Assembly: GCA_031316145.1 (NCBI GenBank)
Contig: JALDQZ010000012.1
Coordinates: forward strand, 1 to 32,000
Length of the DNA: 32,000 bases
Reading direction: 5' to 3'
Origin: Candidatus Brocadiaceae bacterium
Lineage (GTDB): Bacteria; Planctomycetota; Brocadiia; Brocadiales; Brocadiaceae
Below the pieces are notes generated by a model, which saw only the letters and a program-made list of their open reading frames with translations, searched no databases and was not told the origin of the DNA. Positions 1-7,782 of this stretch are shown piece by piece. The position numbers were made by a program, and so were the translations under genes. The first letter of the stretch is position 1; the number at the start of each line of letters is the position of its first letter.

Positions 1-1
1 T

Positions 2-1099
2 CCCTGTGGGATAATTTCTATAGATAGCAATAATACAGTGAATACCTTTAACAAAAGTTCTGCAAAAATGTTAAAAATTTCTCCCCAGGACATATTGGGA
101 AAGGATGTAAAATACATTGGTTCGGTTTTTGCCAATATTCTCCTGAGAACCTTAAAAGACAAAAAAATCTACGAGATGAGCCAGGTCGAAGACCGAAGTA
201 CACGTTCCACGTATTCGATTAGCACCTCTTTGCTGGTAAATAATGGCAAAGAACTCGGTTCGATCATGGTGTTTTCGGATTTAAGCGGGATGAAAAAATT
301 GGAATCACGGATAAAGGTTCTTGAAAAACAGGCATTTTATAAAATGCTTGGAAAAAATATGGCTCATTACATGGAGAATCATCTTGTTGCGGTTAAAACA
401 TTTATGGATTTATTTCCTCACAAATTGGAAACACTTTATGACGCAAAAGAATTTATCGGAAAATTTTTTCCGGTAGCGCAAGAAGAGTTGAGTAATCTTG
501 ATCTATTGATAAAAAAATTAATAACGTTGGGTGAAAACGAAAACCTCATGAAAAAGAGCTTGGATCTAAAAGTCCCATTGGATCGAGCGCTTGATGTTTG
601 CAAGGGGGAAATAAAGCGCCTTAAAATTCATATAAAGAAACACTACACGGAAGAGCCTGCAATTATCTTTGGAAATTATGAGAAATTAGAGGAGGTATTC
701 TCTACGATCATTATCAATGCGATAGAGGCTATGCAGGAGAGCGGAACGCTGACAGTCAAGCTTTCGCGTGTTCTTCTGGATGGCAAAAAAATGAAGGAGG
801 CGCTCCCGTTTCTCAATGATGAGGAGCGCTCGGTTGCATACTGCGGCCAAAAGGCGCAAAAGGAGTCGCCCAGGGATTTTTTAGAGGTTTTGATCCAGGA
901 TGATGGATGCGGGTTGCCTCCTGGAGAAGTAGAAAATATCTTTCTCCCTTTTTATACGACAAAGGAGCACAACATAGGATTAGGACTTTCTATCGCTCAG
1001 CGATTAGTCGAAGAATTTAATGGATTTATTTCGGTGTCAGCTATAGAGAAGAAGGGGAGTAGTTTTTATGTTTTGCTGCCCAGTTTGAATGTGTCATGA
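2..1099 (+). CDS. PAS-type sensor histidine kinase (5' end cut by window edge)
   Basis: The frame is open from the window edge, with no stop between nt 2 and the GTG at 38, so the 353-aa track ORF is the 3' part of a longer gene. PAS-like N-terminal part. H-box MAHYMENHL, N-box IIINAIEAM, G1 DDGCGL, G2 IGLGLSI. The stop overlaps the next start (ATGA at 1096-1099). Confidence 0.8.
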   Translation, partial: PCGIISIDSNNTVNTFNKSSAKMLKISPQDILGKDVKYIGSVFANILLRTLKDKKIYEMSQVEDRSTRSTYSISTSLLVNNGKELGSIMVFSDLSGMKKLESRIKVLEKQAFYKMLGKNMAHYMENHLVAVKTFMDLFPHKLETLYDAKEFIGKFFPVAQEELSNLDLLIKKLITLGENENLMKKSLDLKVPLDRALDVCKGEIKRLKIHIKKHYTEEPAIIFGNYEKLEEVFSTIIINAIEAMQESGTLTVKLSRVLLDGKKMKEALPFLNDEERSVAYCGQKAQKESPRDFLEVLIQDDGCGLPPGEVENIFLPFYTTKEHNIGLGLSIAQRLVEEFNGFISVSAIEKKGSSFYVLLPSLNVS

Positions 1100-2472
1100 A
1101 AACCATATTAATCGTAGATGATGATCCCGTCATAGTTGAATCCCTCCGTTGCATACTGCAGGATCATTATAACATTATAGGCTCAAATAGCGGAAGGGAC
1201 GCCCTGGGTGTGTTGGAAAAGGAATTGGTTGATCTCATTGTATTAGATTTGAAAATGCCTGGGATGGATGGAATGGAATTGTTAAGAAGGTTGCAACCGA
1301 ATAGAGACGCTCTGGGCATACTGGTTTTGACTGCGGTAAGCGATGTTAAATGTGTCGTTGAGGCTATGAAGTTGGGCGCGCTGGATTATATTGTCAAACC
1401 TTTTGATATTGAGGAGATTAAGGTAGCGGTGCATAGGGCGTTACAGTTAAGAAATTTAACGAGGGAAGTCCATTATCTTCGATCGGAATGCCGTAGCTAT
1501 TCCATCGACAGGATAATTCATGGTCACAGCAAAGCGATGACAGATGTTATTTATACAATTTCTCGAGTCTCCAGAGTTAACTCAACAGTCCTCATCAAGG
1601 GGGAAAGTGGCACAGGAAAGGAACTGGTTGCTCGTTCGATTCATTTTGACAGCGACCGGAGGGAATCGCCCTTTGTTGTGGTGAGTTGCTCAAACCTGGC
1701 AGATAATTTGTTGGAAACAGAGCTTTTTGGCCATGAGAAAGGCGCTTTTGCCGGAGCATATGAAAGAAAGTCGGGTAAATTTGAAGTAGCCGAAAGCGGC
1801 ACTATTTTTTTGGATGAGATTAGCGAGATGAGTCTTTCTTTGCAGGCAAAATTATTGCGAGTATTACGGGAGAGAGAGTTTGCCCGCATAGGGGGGCGCT
1901 CAGTCATAAAGACGGATGCTCGTGTCATTGCTGCCACAAATAAGGATCTTGAGGAAAAAATTAAGAGAGGTCATTTTCGTGAGGATCTCTACTATAGCAT
2001 GAACGTTGTTCCTGTTTATCTTCCGCCTGTCAGGGAAAGACCTGAAGATATTCCCCCGTTGATAGAACACTTCTACAATATTTTTCGAAGGGAGTGTCAC
2101 GCGAAAAGTGAATTCATTTCACGTGAAGCGATGGAGATATTATTGGAATATCGCTGGCCGGGAAATGTGAGAGAAATAAAGAACGTAATGGAAAGGGCGA
2201 TTGTGCTTTTTGGCTCTGAACCGATACTGCTTCCGGAGCACCTCCCTGTAGAACTTGCCGGGATTTCCGCTGGCATGCAAAAAGTAAAACCGGGTAATAC
2301 TATACGCATATCATTGGAAGATGAAGTCGGAAGGATAGAGAAGCAGCTTATTGAGCAGGCCATGCAAAAGTCTGGCGGCGTGAAATCAAAAGCGGCAAAA
2401 CTCCTCGGGACGACCCGAAGTGTTATTCATTATAAGATGCAAAAGTATGATATTCCTGATGTTGGCAGGTAA
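1096..2472 (+). CDS. NtrC-family sigma-54-dependent response regulator (REC + AAA+ + Fis-type HTH)
   Basis: REC domain (VDDDP, VLDLKMPGMDG). Walker A GESGTGKE and Walker B GTIFLDEI. The sigma-54 contact loop is present as GAFAGA (nt 1741-1758). C-terminal HTH AAKLLGTTRSVIHYKMQKY. Confidence 0.92.
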   Translation: MKTILIVDDDPVIVESLRCILQDHYNIIGSNSGRDALGVLEKELVDLIVLDLKMPGMDGMELLRRLQPNRDALGILVLTAVSDVKCVVEAMKLGALDYIVKPFDIEEIKVAVHRALQLRNLTREVHYLRSECRSYSIDRIIHGHSKAMTDVIYTISRVSRVNSTVLIKGESGTGKELVARSIHFDSDRRESPFVVVSCSNLADNLLETELFGHEKGAFAGAYERKSGKFEVAESGTIFLDEISEMSLSLQAKLLRVLREREFARIGGRSVIKTDARVIAATNKDLEEKIKRGHFREDLYYSMNVVPVYLPPVRERPEDIPPLIEHFYNIFRRECHAKSEFISREAMEILLEYRWPGNVREIKNVMERAIVLFGSEPILLPEHLPVELAGISAGMQKVKPGNTIRISLEDEVGRIEKQLIEQAMQKSGGVKSKAAKLLGTTRSVIHYKMQKYDIPDVGR

Positions 2473-2523
2473 GATAATTTTATGTCTGCAGTGTTCCTTC
2501 CACGTATATTTCTCAAAAAATCC

Positions 2524-3834
2524 TTAAAACTGGTAATTAAAGTTTATGGCCATTAGATAGTCAATAGAGTCGTATCTCCCATCGATAGATCCCTGTAACT
2601 CATCTCCTACAGAGTTAGTAATCCTTCTGTTTTCATACACGGCTATTCCGGAGGCAAAGTCTATCCATTTGTTCATTTTCCCCCCCCAGCGATATTCAAA
2701 CCCGGTAAACACTGCATGCCTGCTGCTCATGGGGATAGATGGCTCAAAGGTATCACTTGGTACAGGGGATTCATGAAATGCATAACCTCCTCGTAATTTT
2801 ATGGTTTCATTCAGCAGGTATTCTCCTCCAAGGGCAAATCCCAGAGTATTGTGCCAGTTTCGAACATCCTCATTGCCTCCATCGAGAATGGGGTTTGATG
2901 GTGCAAAATCGAATCTTAGCACATCAAACCTCGTCCAATTAGTCCACTGAACGTCTGCCTCTACACTCCATCGCTCCCGGTGTTTATATGCATAACCTAA
3001 AATAAGTATTTCAGGAAGCGTAAGGGTAGTTCTTGCTTTTGTAGAGAATGATTCTCCGCCAAATGCTTCTGCGGTTGCTCCGCTCAGATTGGAAAACTTT
3101 AGAGATCCTTTTGTGTCAATATCTGCTTTGCTTCGGAATGAAATACCAATAGTGTGTTGGGGTGTAATGTTGTAGAGTATCCCAATGTTGTACCCAACAC
3201 CATCGCCGTGAACATCATCAAGATCCTGAAATCCGTCCGGGGTTGTTGTGTCTTGAGGGGTGCCAGTTAAGGAAGCATTAAGAAGGCCTACGTTTACACG
3301 TTTTTCCACATCAGACTTGGCGTAGTAGTAATCAAGGCCTGCACCGATAGAAAGAAATGAGAATGGTTTAAAGGTAATGGTAGGGTTAACATTGAGAATA
3401 GCCAAATTAAAATCGGTCACTACGTATCTTGAAAACCCGTCTTCTTCCCAGTTGCCTCTCAAACCATAAGGTGCAGAAATACCAATTCCTGTGGCTAATT
3501 TATCCTCTATGAGCGGGCAGGCAAAAAAAAGATTTGGTATGGTGTTTATCCCCGTGCCCATATCCTCATGTATGCCGTTTCCATGGTACTCTACTTTGGG
3601 AATGACAAAGCTGGCGCCTGTGGAGATTTGCGGTCTTTTTAACTGAGTAAGTCCGGCAGGATTAAATATAATTGCAGATGCGTCATCTGCTCGGGCAACA
3701 AAGGCGTTTGCCTGTGCTAATCCTACGGCGCTGAAAGACGGACTATGGAATCCGGAGGCGATCTGTGCTGAGATATCCATTTCATGAACGAAGTACGATA
3801 CGAGGAAAACAAAAACTAGAAAGAGTTGTTTCAT
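2524..3834 (-). CDS. Outer-membrane hydrophobic-compound / long-chain fatty acid channel, OMPP1/FadL/TodX family
   Basis: N-terminal signal peptide. Family-typical N-terminal segment AVGLAQANAFVARADDASAIIFNPAGL. Alternating beta-strand pattern and a C-terminal aromatic end NFNYQF. Confidence 0.8.
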   Translation of the reverse strand: MKQLFLVFVFLVSYFVHEMDISAQIASGFHSPSFSAVGLAQANAFVARADDASAIIFNPAGLTQLKRPQISTGASFVIPKVEYHGNGIHEDMGTGINTIPNLFFACPLIEDKLATGIGISAPYGLRGNWEEDGFSRYVVTDFNLAILNVNPTITFKPFSFLSIGAGLDYYYAKSDVEKRVNVGLLNASLTGTPQDTTTPDGFQDLDDVHGDGVGYNIGILYNITPQHTIGISFRSKADIDTKGSLKFSNLSGATAEAFGGESFSTKARTTLTLPEILILGYAYKHRERWSVEADVQWTNWTRFDVLRFDFAPSNPILDGGNEDVRNWHNTLGFALGGEYLLNETIKLRGGYAFHESPVPSDTFEPSIPMSSRHAVFTGFEYRWGGKMNKWIDFASGIAVYENRRITNSVGDELQGSIDGRYDSIDYLMAINFNYQF

Positions 3835-4178
3835 TTTACTTAGATTTCCTTTCTGAAAAACTTTTTCGGCACATGAGGATTATTAAATAGGAAAAAGCAT
3901 TTACTCTGTGGTCCATGTATTTGAGAAATGGGTAAAATTGGTGAAATAATTAAAAAAAATGCTTTTACTTACGATAAGATACATAAAAAAGGTGTTTTTA
4001 TAAAAAAGTTATGAATGCGAAAATTGTATATACCTGTTGCAGGAAGTCCCAACGAATGAACTTAGCAAATTAAACACCAATAAATTTTGAGAATGTATGA
4101 TAATCTGTATGTGTTTTGCGTGAAAATGCTAACACCTCCATTCGGGGTACAGCATTATACGTTCTAAGAATAGTTTCA

Positions 4179-4216
4179 GTTTTATTTTTCACCATGATTG
4201 TTTTATTTTTCACCAT
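4179..4216. repeat. Two perfect 17-bp direct repeats (gttttatttttcaccat) with 21-bp period
   Basis: Copies at 4179-4195 and 4200-4216, followed by a partial third copy (atttttca). They lie in the divergent fadL-like / KS intergenic region. Confidence 0.6.
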
Positions 4217-4393
4217 TTTCATTTTTCATACTTTTGTTGGGTTGTAACAACAAAAAAATGTGCTATGGCACACCTGTGTATATGTCAGGCAAGTATGTCA
4301 TGAAATATTCTTCTATTTACATGAGAAATTGATAAAACTTCTATTGCGATGAAAATAAATAGCTTATGATTCTTTTTTAATAGTGTATGTTTT

Positions 4394-4408
4394 TGGCAGG
4401 GTTTTTTC
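4394..4408 (+). promoter_or_regulatory. Weak sigma-54 -24/-12-like element (TGGCAG-N5-TTTC)
   Basis: Spacing is correct relative to the TGGCAC-N5-TTGC consensus and the GG doublet is present, but the -12 GC doublet is degenerate. It sits about 200 bp upstream of the KS-like start. An NtrC-type activator is encoded nearby, and I found no good sigma-70 hexamers in this gap. Confidence 0.2.
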
Positions 4409-4456
4409 TTATATATCTATCAGGAATTTCAAAATCACGTAAGGTTTACGCCTGTT

Positions 4457-4469
4457 TGCATGCCATGCA
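4457..4469. promoter_or_regulatory. 13-bp perfect palindrome TGCATG-C-CATGCA (possible operator or RNA hairpin)
   Basis: Read directly from the sequence. Flanked by the partially complementary cctgt/acagg. It lies 143 bp upstream of the KS-like ATG. Confidence 0.25.
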
Positions 4470-4611
4470 CAGGTAGACAGGGTGGGTTTGATTCGGTGAT
4501 GGATTTTTGTTGTTGATGGAGAGGAAAGAGAGACATTACTTTTGAAAGCAGTGAAAAGGCAAATTTTAACTGTATCCCTTTCAGGTAAGTAATTACCGGA
4601 GCAATTTTTGA

Positions 4612-5841
4612 ATGAAAAAGAAAATCGTGATAACCGGCATGGGTATGGTGAGTTCCCTTGGCATCGGTCTTGATGAAAACTGGGAACGGTATCTATCCGG
4701 GGTATCGGAGATTAAGGAATATGAAATAGAAGGTATGGATTTAGTTACCCATGCGGGAAAGGTTTCGGATGACAAACTCGGCCCGTATATTCCTGAAAAG
4801 AAAAAGGGTAAGATTGATCGTTTTACCTGCTTTGCCATGGTTGCCTCGAAAATGGCGCTTGAGGACGCAAAAATTGATGAAGGATTTGAGAGAGAAAAGA
4901 TAGGCGTTTTTATCGGTAGCGCCTTTAGTGGGTTGAATATCATAGAAAAACAGCTCAAGGTGCTCTATCGTGAAGGCCCAAGAAGAGTTCATCCCCTTTT
5001 AATGCAAAATAATATCACCAATGCCTCATCAGGTGAGGTCGCTATTGAGTTTACCCTGAAAGGTCCCAATATTGGATTTGCAAGCGGAGGATGTTCTGCT
5101 GGCTACAGCTTGATTCAGGCATGTAATACCCTGCAGCTCCATGATATTGATGCCATAGTTGTTGGCGGGACTGAAGCTCCGTTGCTGCCCTATGTGTTTG
5201 CTGAATTAAAATCGAATGGTTTGTATCAAACAAACGGTTATGACCAAGACAAAGTGAGTCGTCCCTTTGATAGCGCGCGAAAAGGTTTTGTTCTCAGTGA
5301 GGGGTCCGGCGTGGTCATTTTGGAGACACTAAGAAGCGCGGAGAAAAGGGGCGCGGAAATATATGGAGAACTTGTAGGGTGTGGGGCTTCTTATGGGAAG
5401 AATAATTACACAAATCAACAAAACCACGGTTTTTTATCCAAGGTGGCCTGCATACAACAAGCGTTGGAGTCCGCGGCCATTCAGCCATCACAGGTAGAGT
5501 ATATAAACGCGAGCGGCATATCAGGGATAGAGGAAGACAGAGAAGAATCGGAGGTAATGCAAACGGTATTTGGAAGAGATGTCCAGAACATACCGGTAAG
5601 TTCGACGAAGGGCACTTTTGGTTACTCAATTGGCGCATCGGGTGCAATTGATGCGATCTTTTCATTATTGTCGTTAAAAAAACAAACATTGCCACAGACT
5701 CAGAATCTTGAGCATATTGATCCGTCATGTGGAACCATTCCTATTCTGAAAGAATCAATGGAAAAGCCGGTAAACATCATACTTTCAAATAACTTTGATT
5801 ATGCCGGCAATAATGTTTCGCTGGTATTTCGGCGTATTTAA
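4612..5841 (+). CDS. Beta-ketoacyl synthase-like protein (FabF fold) lacking both catalytic histidines (Cys/Ser/Tyr)
   Basis: Thiolase-fold KS motifs are present. Cys161 is kept in SGGCSAG (TGT 5092-5094). NASGISG replaces NAHGTST (Ser, AGC 5512-5514). SSTKGTFGYSIGASG replaces SSTKSMTGHLLGAAG (Tyr, TAC 5623-5625). The C-terminal FDYAGNN replaces FGFGGTN. Confidence 0.85.
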   Translation: MKKKIVITGMGMVSSLGIGLDENWERYLSGVSEIKEYEIEGMDLVTHAGKVSDDKLGPYIPEKKKGKIDRFTCFAMVASKMALEDAKIDEGFEREKIGVFIGSAFSGLNIIEKQLKVLYREGPRRVHPLLMQNNITNASSGEVAIEFTLKGPNIGFASGGCSAGYSLIQACNTLQLHDIDAIVVGGTEAPLLPYVFAELKSNGLYQTNGYDQDKVSRPFDSARKGFVLSEGSGVVILETLRSAEKRGAEIYGELVGCGASYGKNNYTNQQNHGFLSKVACIQQALESAAIQPSQVEYINASGISGIEEDREESEVMQTVFGRDVQNIPVSSTKGTFGYSIGASGAIDAIFSLLSLKKQTLPQTQNLEHIDPSCGTIPILKESMEKPVNIILSNNFDYAGNNVSLVFRRI

Positions 5842-5892
5842 TTGCTACATTTTTCGGCACAAAGGCAAAAAGGCGGAAGTCGCAAAGCACAA

Positions 5893-7137
5893 ATGAACAA
5901 ACTTACTAAAGAAAATAAGGTCGTTGTAACGGGGTTAGGGATCATTACTCCGATAGGGATTGGGGTTGATTCATTCTGGGATGCTGTCATTGCCGGAAAA
6001 TCCGGGATTTCATTGATCTCGCGGTTTGATATGGAAAATTATCCTACAAAGATTGCCGGAGAAATAAGGGATTTTTATCCTGAAAACTATATGTCTGAGG
6101 AACTGAAGAATTTTTTATGCAGAAGTTCTCAACTTGGAGTGGCAGCGGCTCAAATGGCATTGGATGATGCACGGTTAAATCTTTCCAATGTAAGGAATAG
6201 TAGTATTGGGATAACCATTGGATTGGGAGCTGAAACATTGTCCTACTACGATGAAAAAACGGCAATTGAGGAAAATAATTATACTTTGCGTTCAAATCCT
6301 CCCATAGAAAACAGGCATTTGACAAATATCATTTCCGATATTTTTCATCTTTCTGGTCAAAATGTTATTGTTGCAACGGCGTGTTCCAGTGGAAATCAGG
6401 CGATTGGTATTGCTCGAGACATGATTCAATCAGGTCAGGCAGACATCGTTCTGGCTGGCGGAGTTGAGGCGCCGATTTTTCCCCTGTATTTTGCGTCATT
6501 TTGCTCCTTGAGAATCATGTCGAAAAGAAACGATCAGCCTGAAAAGGCAAGCAGGCCGTTTGATAAGGAAAGGGATGGGTTTGTAATGGGTGAGGGCGCC
6601 GGGATATTGGTCATTGAGAGCGCTGAAAATGCGCACGAAAGGGGGGCGCCTATCTATGCTGAAATAGCGGGTTACGGCGCTACGAGTGACGCCTTTCACA
6701 TGACCATGCCTTCGAGGGATAGGAAAGAAATATGCAAGGCAATGCGTTCGGCAATACAGGATGCCGGTCTGGATATGAACGGCATTGACTATATCAATGC
6801 GCACGGGACATCAACACCGGCAAATGACAGTGGTGAAACGATGGCAATAAAAACCGTTTTTGGTGACAGGGCTTATGACATACCGGTAAGTTCAACGAAA
6901 TCAATGACAGGTCATTTAATTGGAGCTGCTGGCGCTGTAGAACTTATAACATGCATATTAGCAATGAAAAATTCTGTAATTCCGCCTACCATTAATTTAG
7001 AGCATCCAAGCCCTGATTGTGATCTGGACTATGTGGCTAATGAGGCGAGGGAAAAAGAAATTCGAACGGCTCTTTCGAATTCCTTTGGTTTTGGCGGAAA
7101 TAATTCGACCATTGTAGTAAAAAAAGTAATTCAATGA
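5893..7137 (+). CDS. fabF: Beta-ketoacyl-ACP synthase II (FabF-type), canonical Cys/His/His
   Basis: ATACSSG (Cys164, 6382-6384), NAHGTSTP (His304, 6802-6804), SSTKSMTGHLIGAAG (His341, 6913-6915) and NSFGFGGNN. I prefer the ATG at 5893 (MNKLTKENKVVVTGLG) to the TTG at 5842 used in the ORF track. Confidence 0.88.
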   Translation: MNKLTKENKVVVTGLGIITPIGIGVDSFWDAVIAGKSGISLISRFDMENYPTKIAGEIRDFYPENYMSEELKNFLCRSSQLGVAAAQMALDDARLNLSNVRNSSIGITIGLGAETLSYYDEKTAIEENNYTLRSNPPIENRHLTNIISDIFHLSGQNVIVATACSSGNQAIGIARDMIQSGQADIVLAGGVEAPIFPLYFASFCSLRIMSKRNDQPEKASRPFDKERDGFVMGEGAGILVIESAENAHERGAPIYAEIAGYGATSDAFHMTMPSRDRKEICKAMRSAIQDAGLDMNGIDYINAHGTSTPANDSGETMAIKTVFGDRAYDIPVSSTKSMTGHLIGAAGAVELITCILAMKNSVIPPTINLEHPSPDCDLDYVANEAREKEIRTALSNSFGFGGNNSTIVVKKVIQ

Positions 7138-7143
7138 TTAGGA

Positions 7144-7263
7144 ATTTTGAAACATGTTTAGTGTGCGCAAGCACATATTTCAAAATGGCGTGAAGCGACT
7201 ACATGAGTGTCGTTGTAGCCAATTTGTAAAAGTAGCTTCTGCCTGTGCTCGACGGACAGGCAG
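7144..7263 (+). other. Two stem-loops in the KS2-ACP spacer
   Basis: First structure: attttgaaa (7144-7152) pairs with tttcaaaat (7178-7186), enclosing an inner tgtgc-GCAA-gcaca hairpin (7162-7175). Second structure: ctgcctgt (7239-7246) pairs with acaggcag (7256-7263) around a 9-nt loop. Neither is followed by a U tract. Confidence 0.4.
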
Positions 7264-7310
7264 GATGCGCTTAACTAGAAAGGTAAAAATTTTTATAGGG
7301 AGAGAAAAAT

Positions 7311-7577
7311 ATGGATAATGTGACGGATAATGATATTAAGGAAAGGCTAAAAAAAATACTGGCAAAGGAACTGAAGATGGAGCCTGAGGATATTTCCGAT
7401 GATGCGCACATTACTGATGATATCGGAGTTGAATCTGCGGAAATGATTAATCTCTTATATGATATAGAAAGTGAGTTTAACATAGAAGTCTCTAATGAAG
7501 AGGCAAGTCAGAACTTAGTCATATGCAAAATGACAAATTTGATAAAAGAAAAAATGGAAATGAAGTCTGTAAAATAA
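7311..7577 (+). CDS. Acyl carrier protein, divergent (GVESAE instead of GxDSL)
   Basis: An 88-aa acidic protein. DDIGVESAEMINLLYDIESEF aligns to AcpP [20 protein letters not shown], with the putative phosphopantetheine Ser42 at 7434-7436. Good RBS (gggagag). Confidence 0.8.
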   Translation: MDNVTDNDIKERLKKILAKELKMEPEDISDDAHITDDIGVESAEMINLLYDIESEFNIEVSNEEASQNLVICKMTNLIKEKMEMKSVK

Positions 7578-7599
7578 ATTTAACGCATAGGAGGAATTT

Positions 7600-7713
7600 C
7601 AAAGCGAGAGATCGCTTTGCTGACCCCTTATTTCATTCAGGGCTATGGCTTATTCTCAATGACAAAAATCAGGGAAAATGCCATTGAGGGTAAGGGATGA
7701 TGAAGCGATCTCT
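7600..7713 (+). other. Structured ACP-radical SAM spacer: local hairpin plus an 11-nt long-range complement
   Basis: Hairpin caaagcga-gaga-tcgctttg (7600-7619). The segment agagatcgctt (7607-7617) is perfectly complementary to aagcgatctct (7703-7713), so the two pairings are mutually exclusive. Confidence 0.35.
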
Positions 7714-7782
7714 TTTCAATTTTCTTGGCGGTCTCTGTGGTTAATTTTTTGATAATGACTTTTGTTTTTTAAGGGGCACAAA

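Noticed and set aside
4266-4280. TGGCAC-N5-TGTA as a sigma-54 promoter.
   Set aside because: The -24 element is perfect, but the -12 element lacks the near-invariant GC doublet (TGTA versus TTGC). It is mentioned only as context in the intergenic finding and is not called as a feature.
5842-5892. TTG-initiated N-terminal extensions in the ORF track: 5842 for KS2, and likewise 7762 for the radical SAM, 27175 for the subunit IV-like gene, and 29097 for the HAO-like gene.
   Set aside because: In each case a downstream in-frame ATG (5893, 7783, 27202, 29145) yields a family-typical N-terminus or signal peptide; for 7783, 27202 and 29145 a purine-rich RBS also precedes the ATG. The extensions encode basic or odd leader sequences.
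7697-7744. 15-codon ORF (MMKRSLFNFLGGLCG) upstream of the radical SAM gene as a RiPP precursor.
   Set aside because: It is very short. The radical SAM lacks a SPASM/twitch Cys pattern or a recognisable RRE-like region, and its neighbours are ACP and KS genes. It is treated only as a possible leader or structural element.
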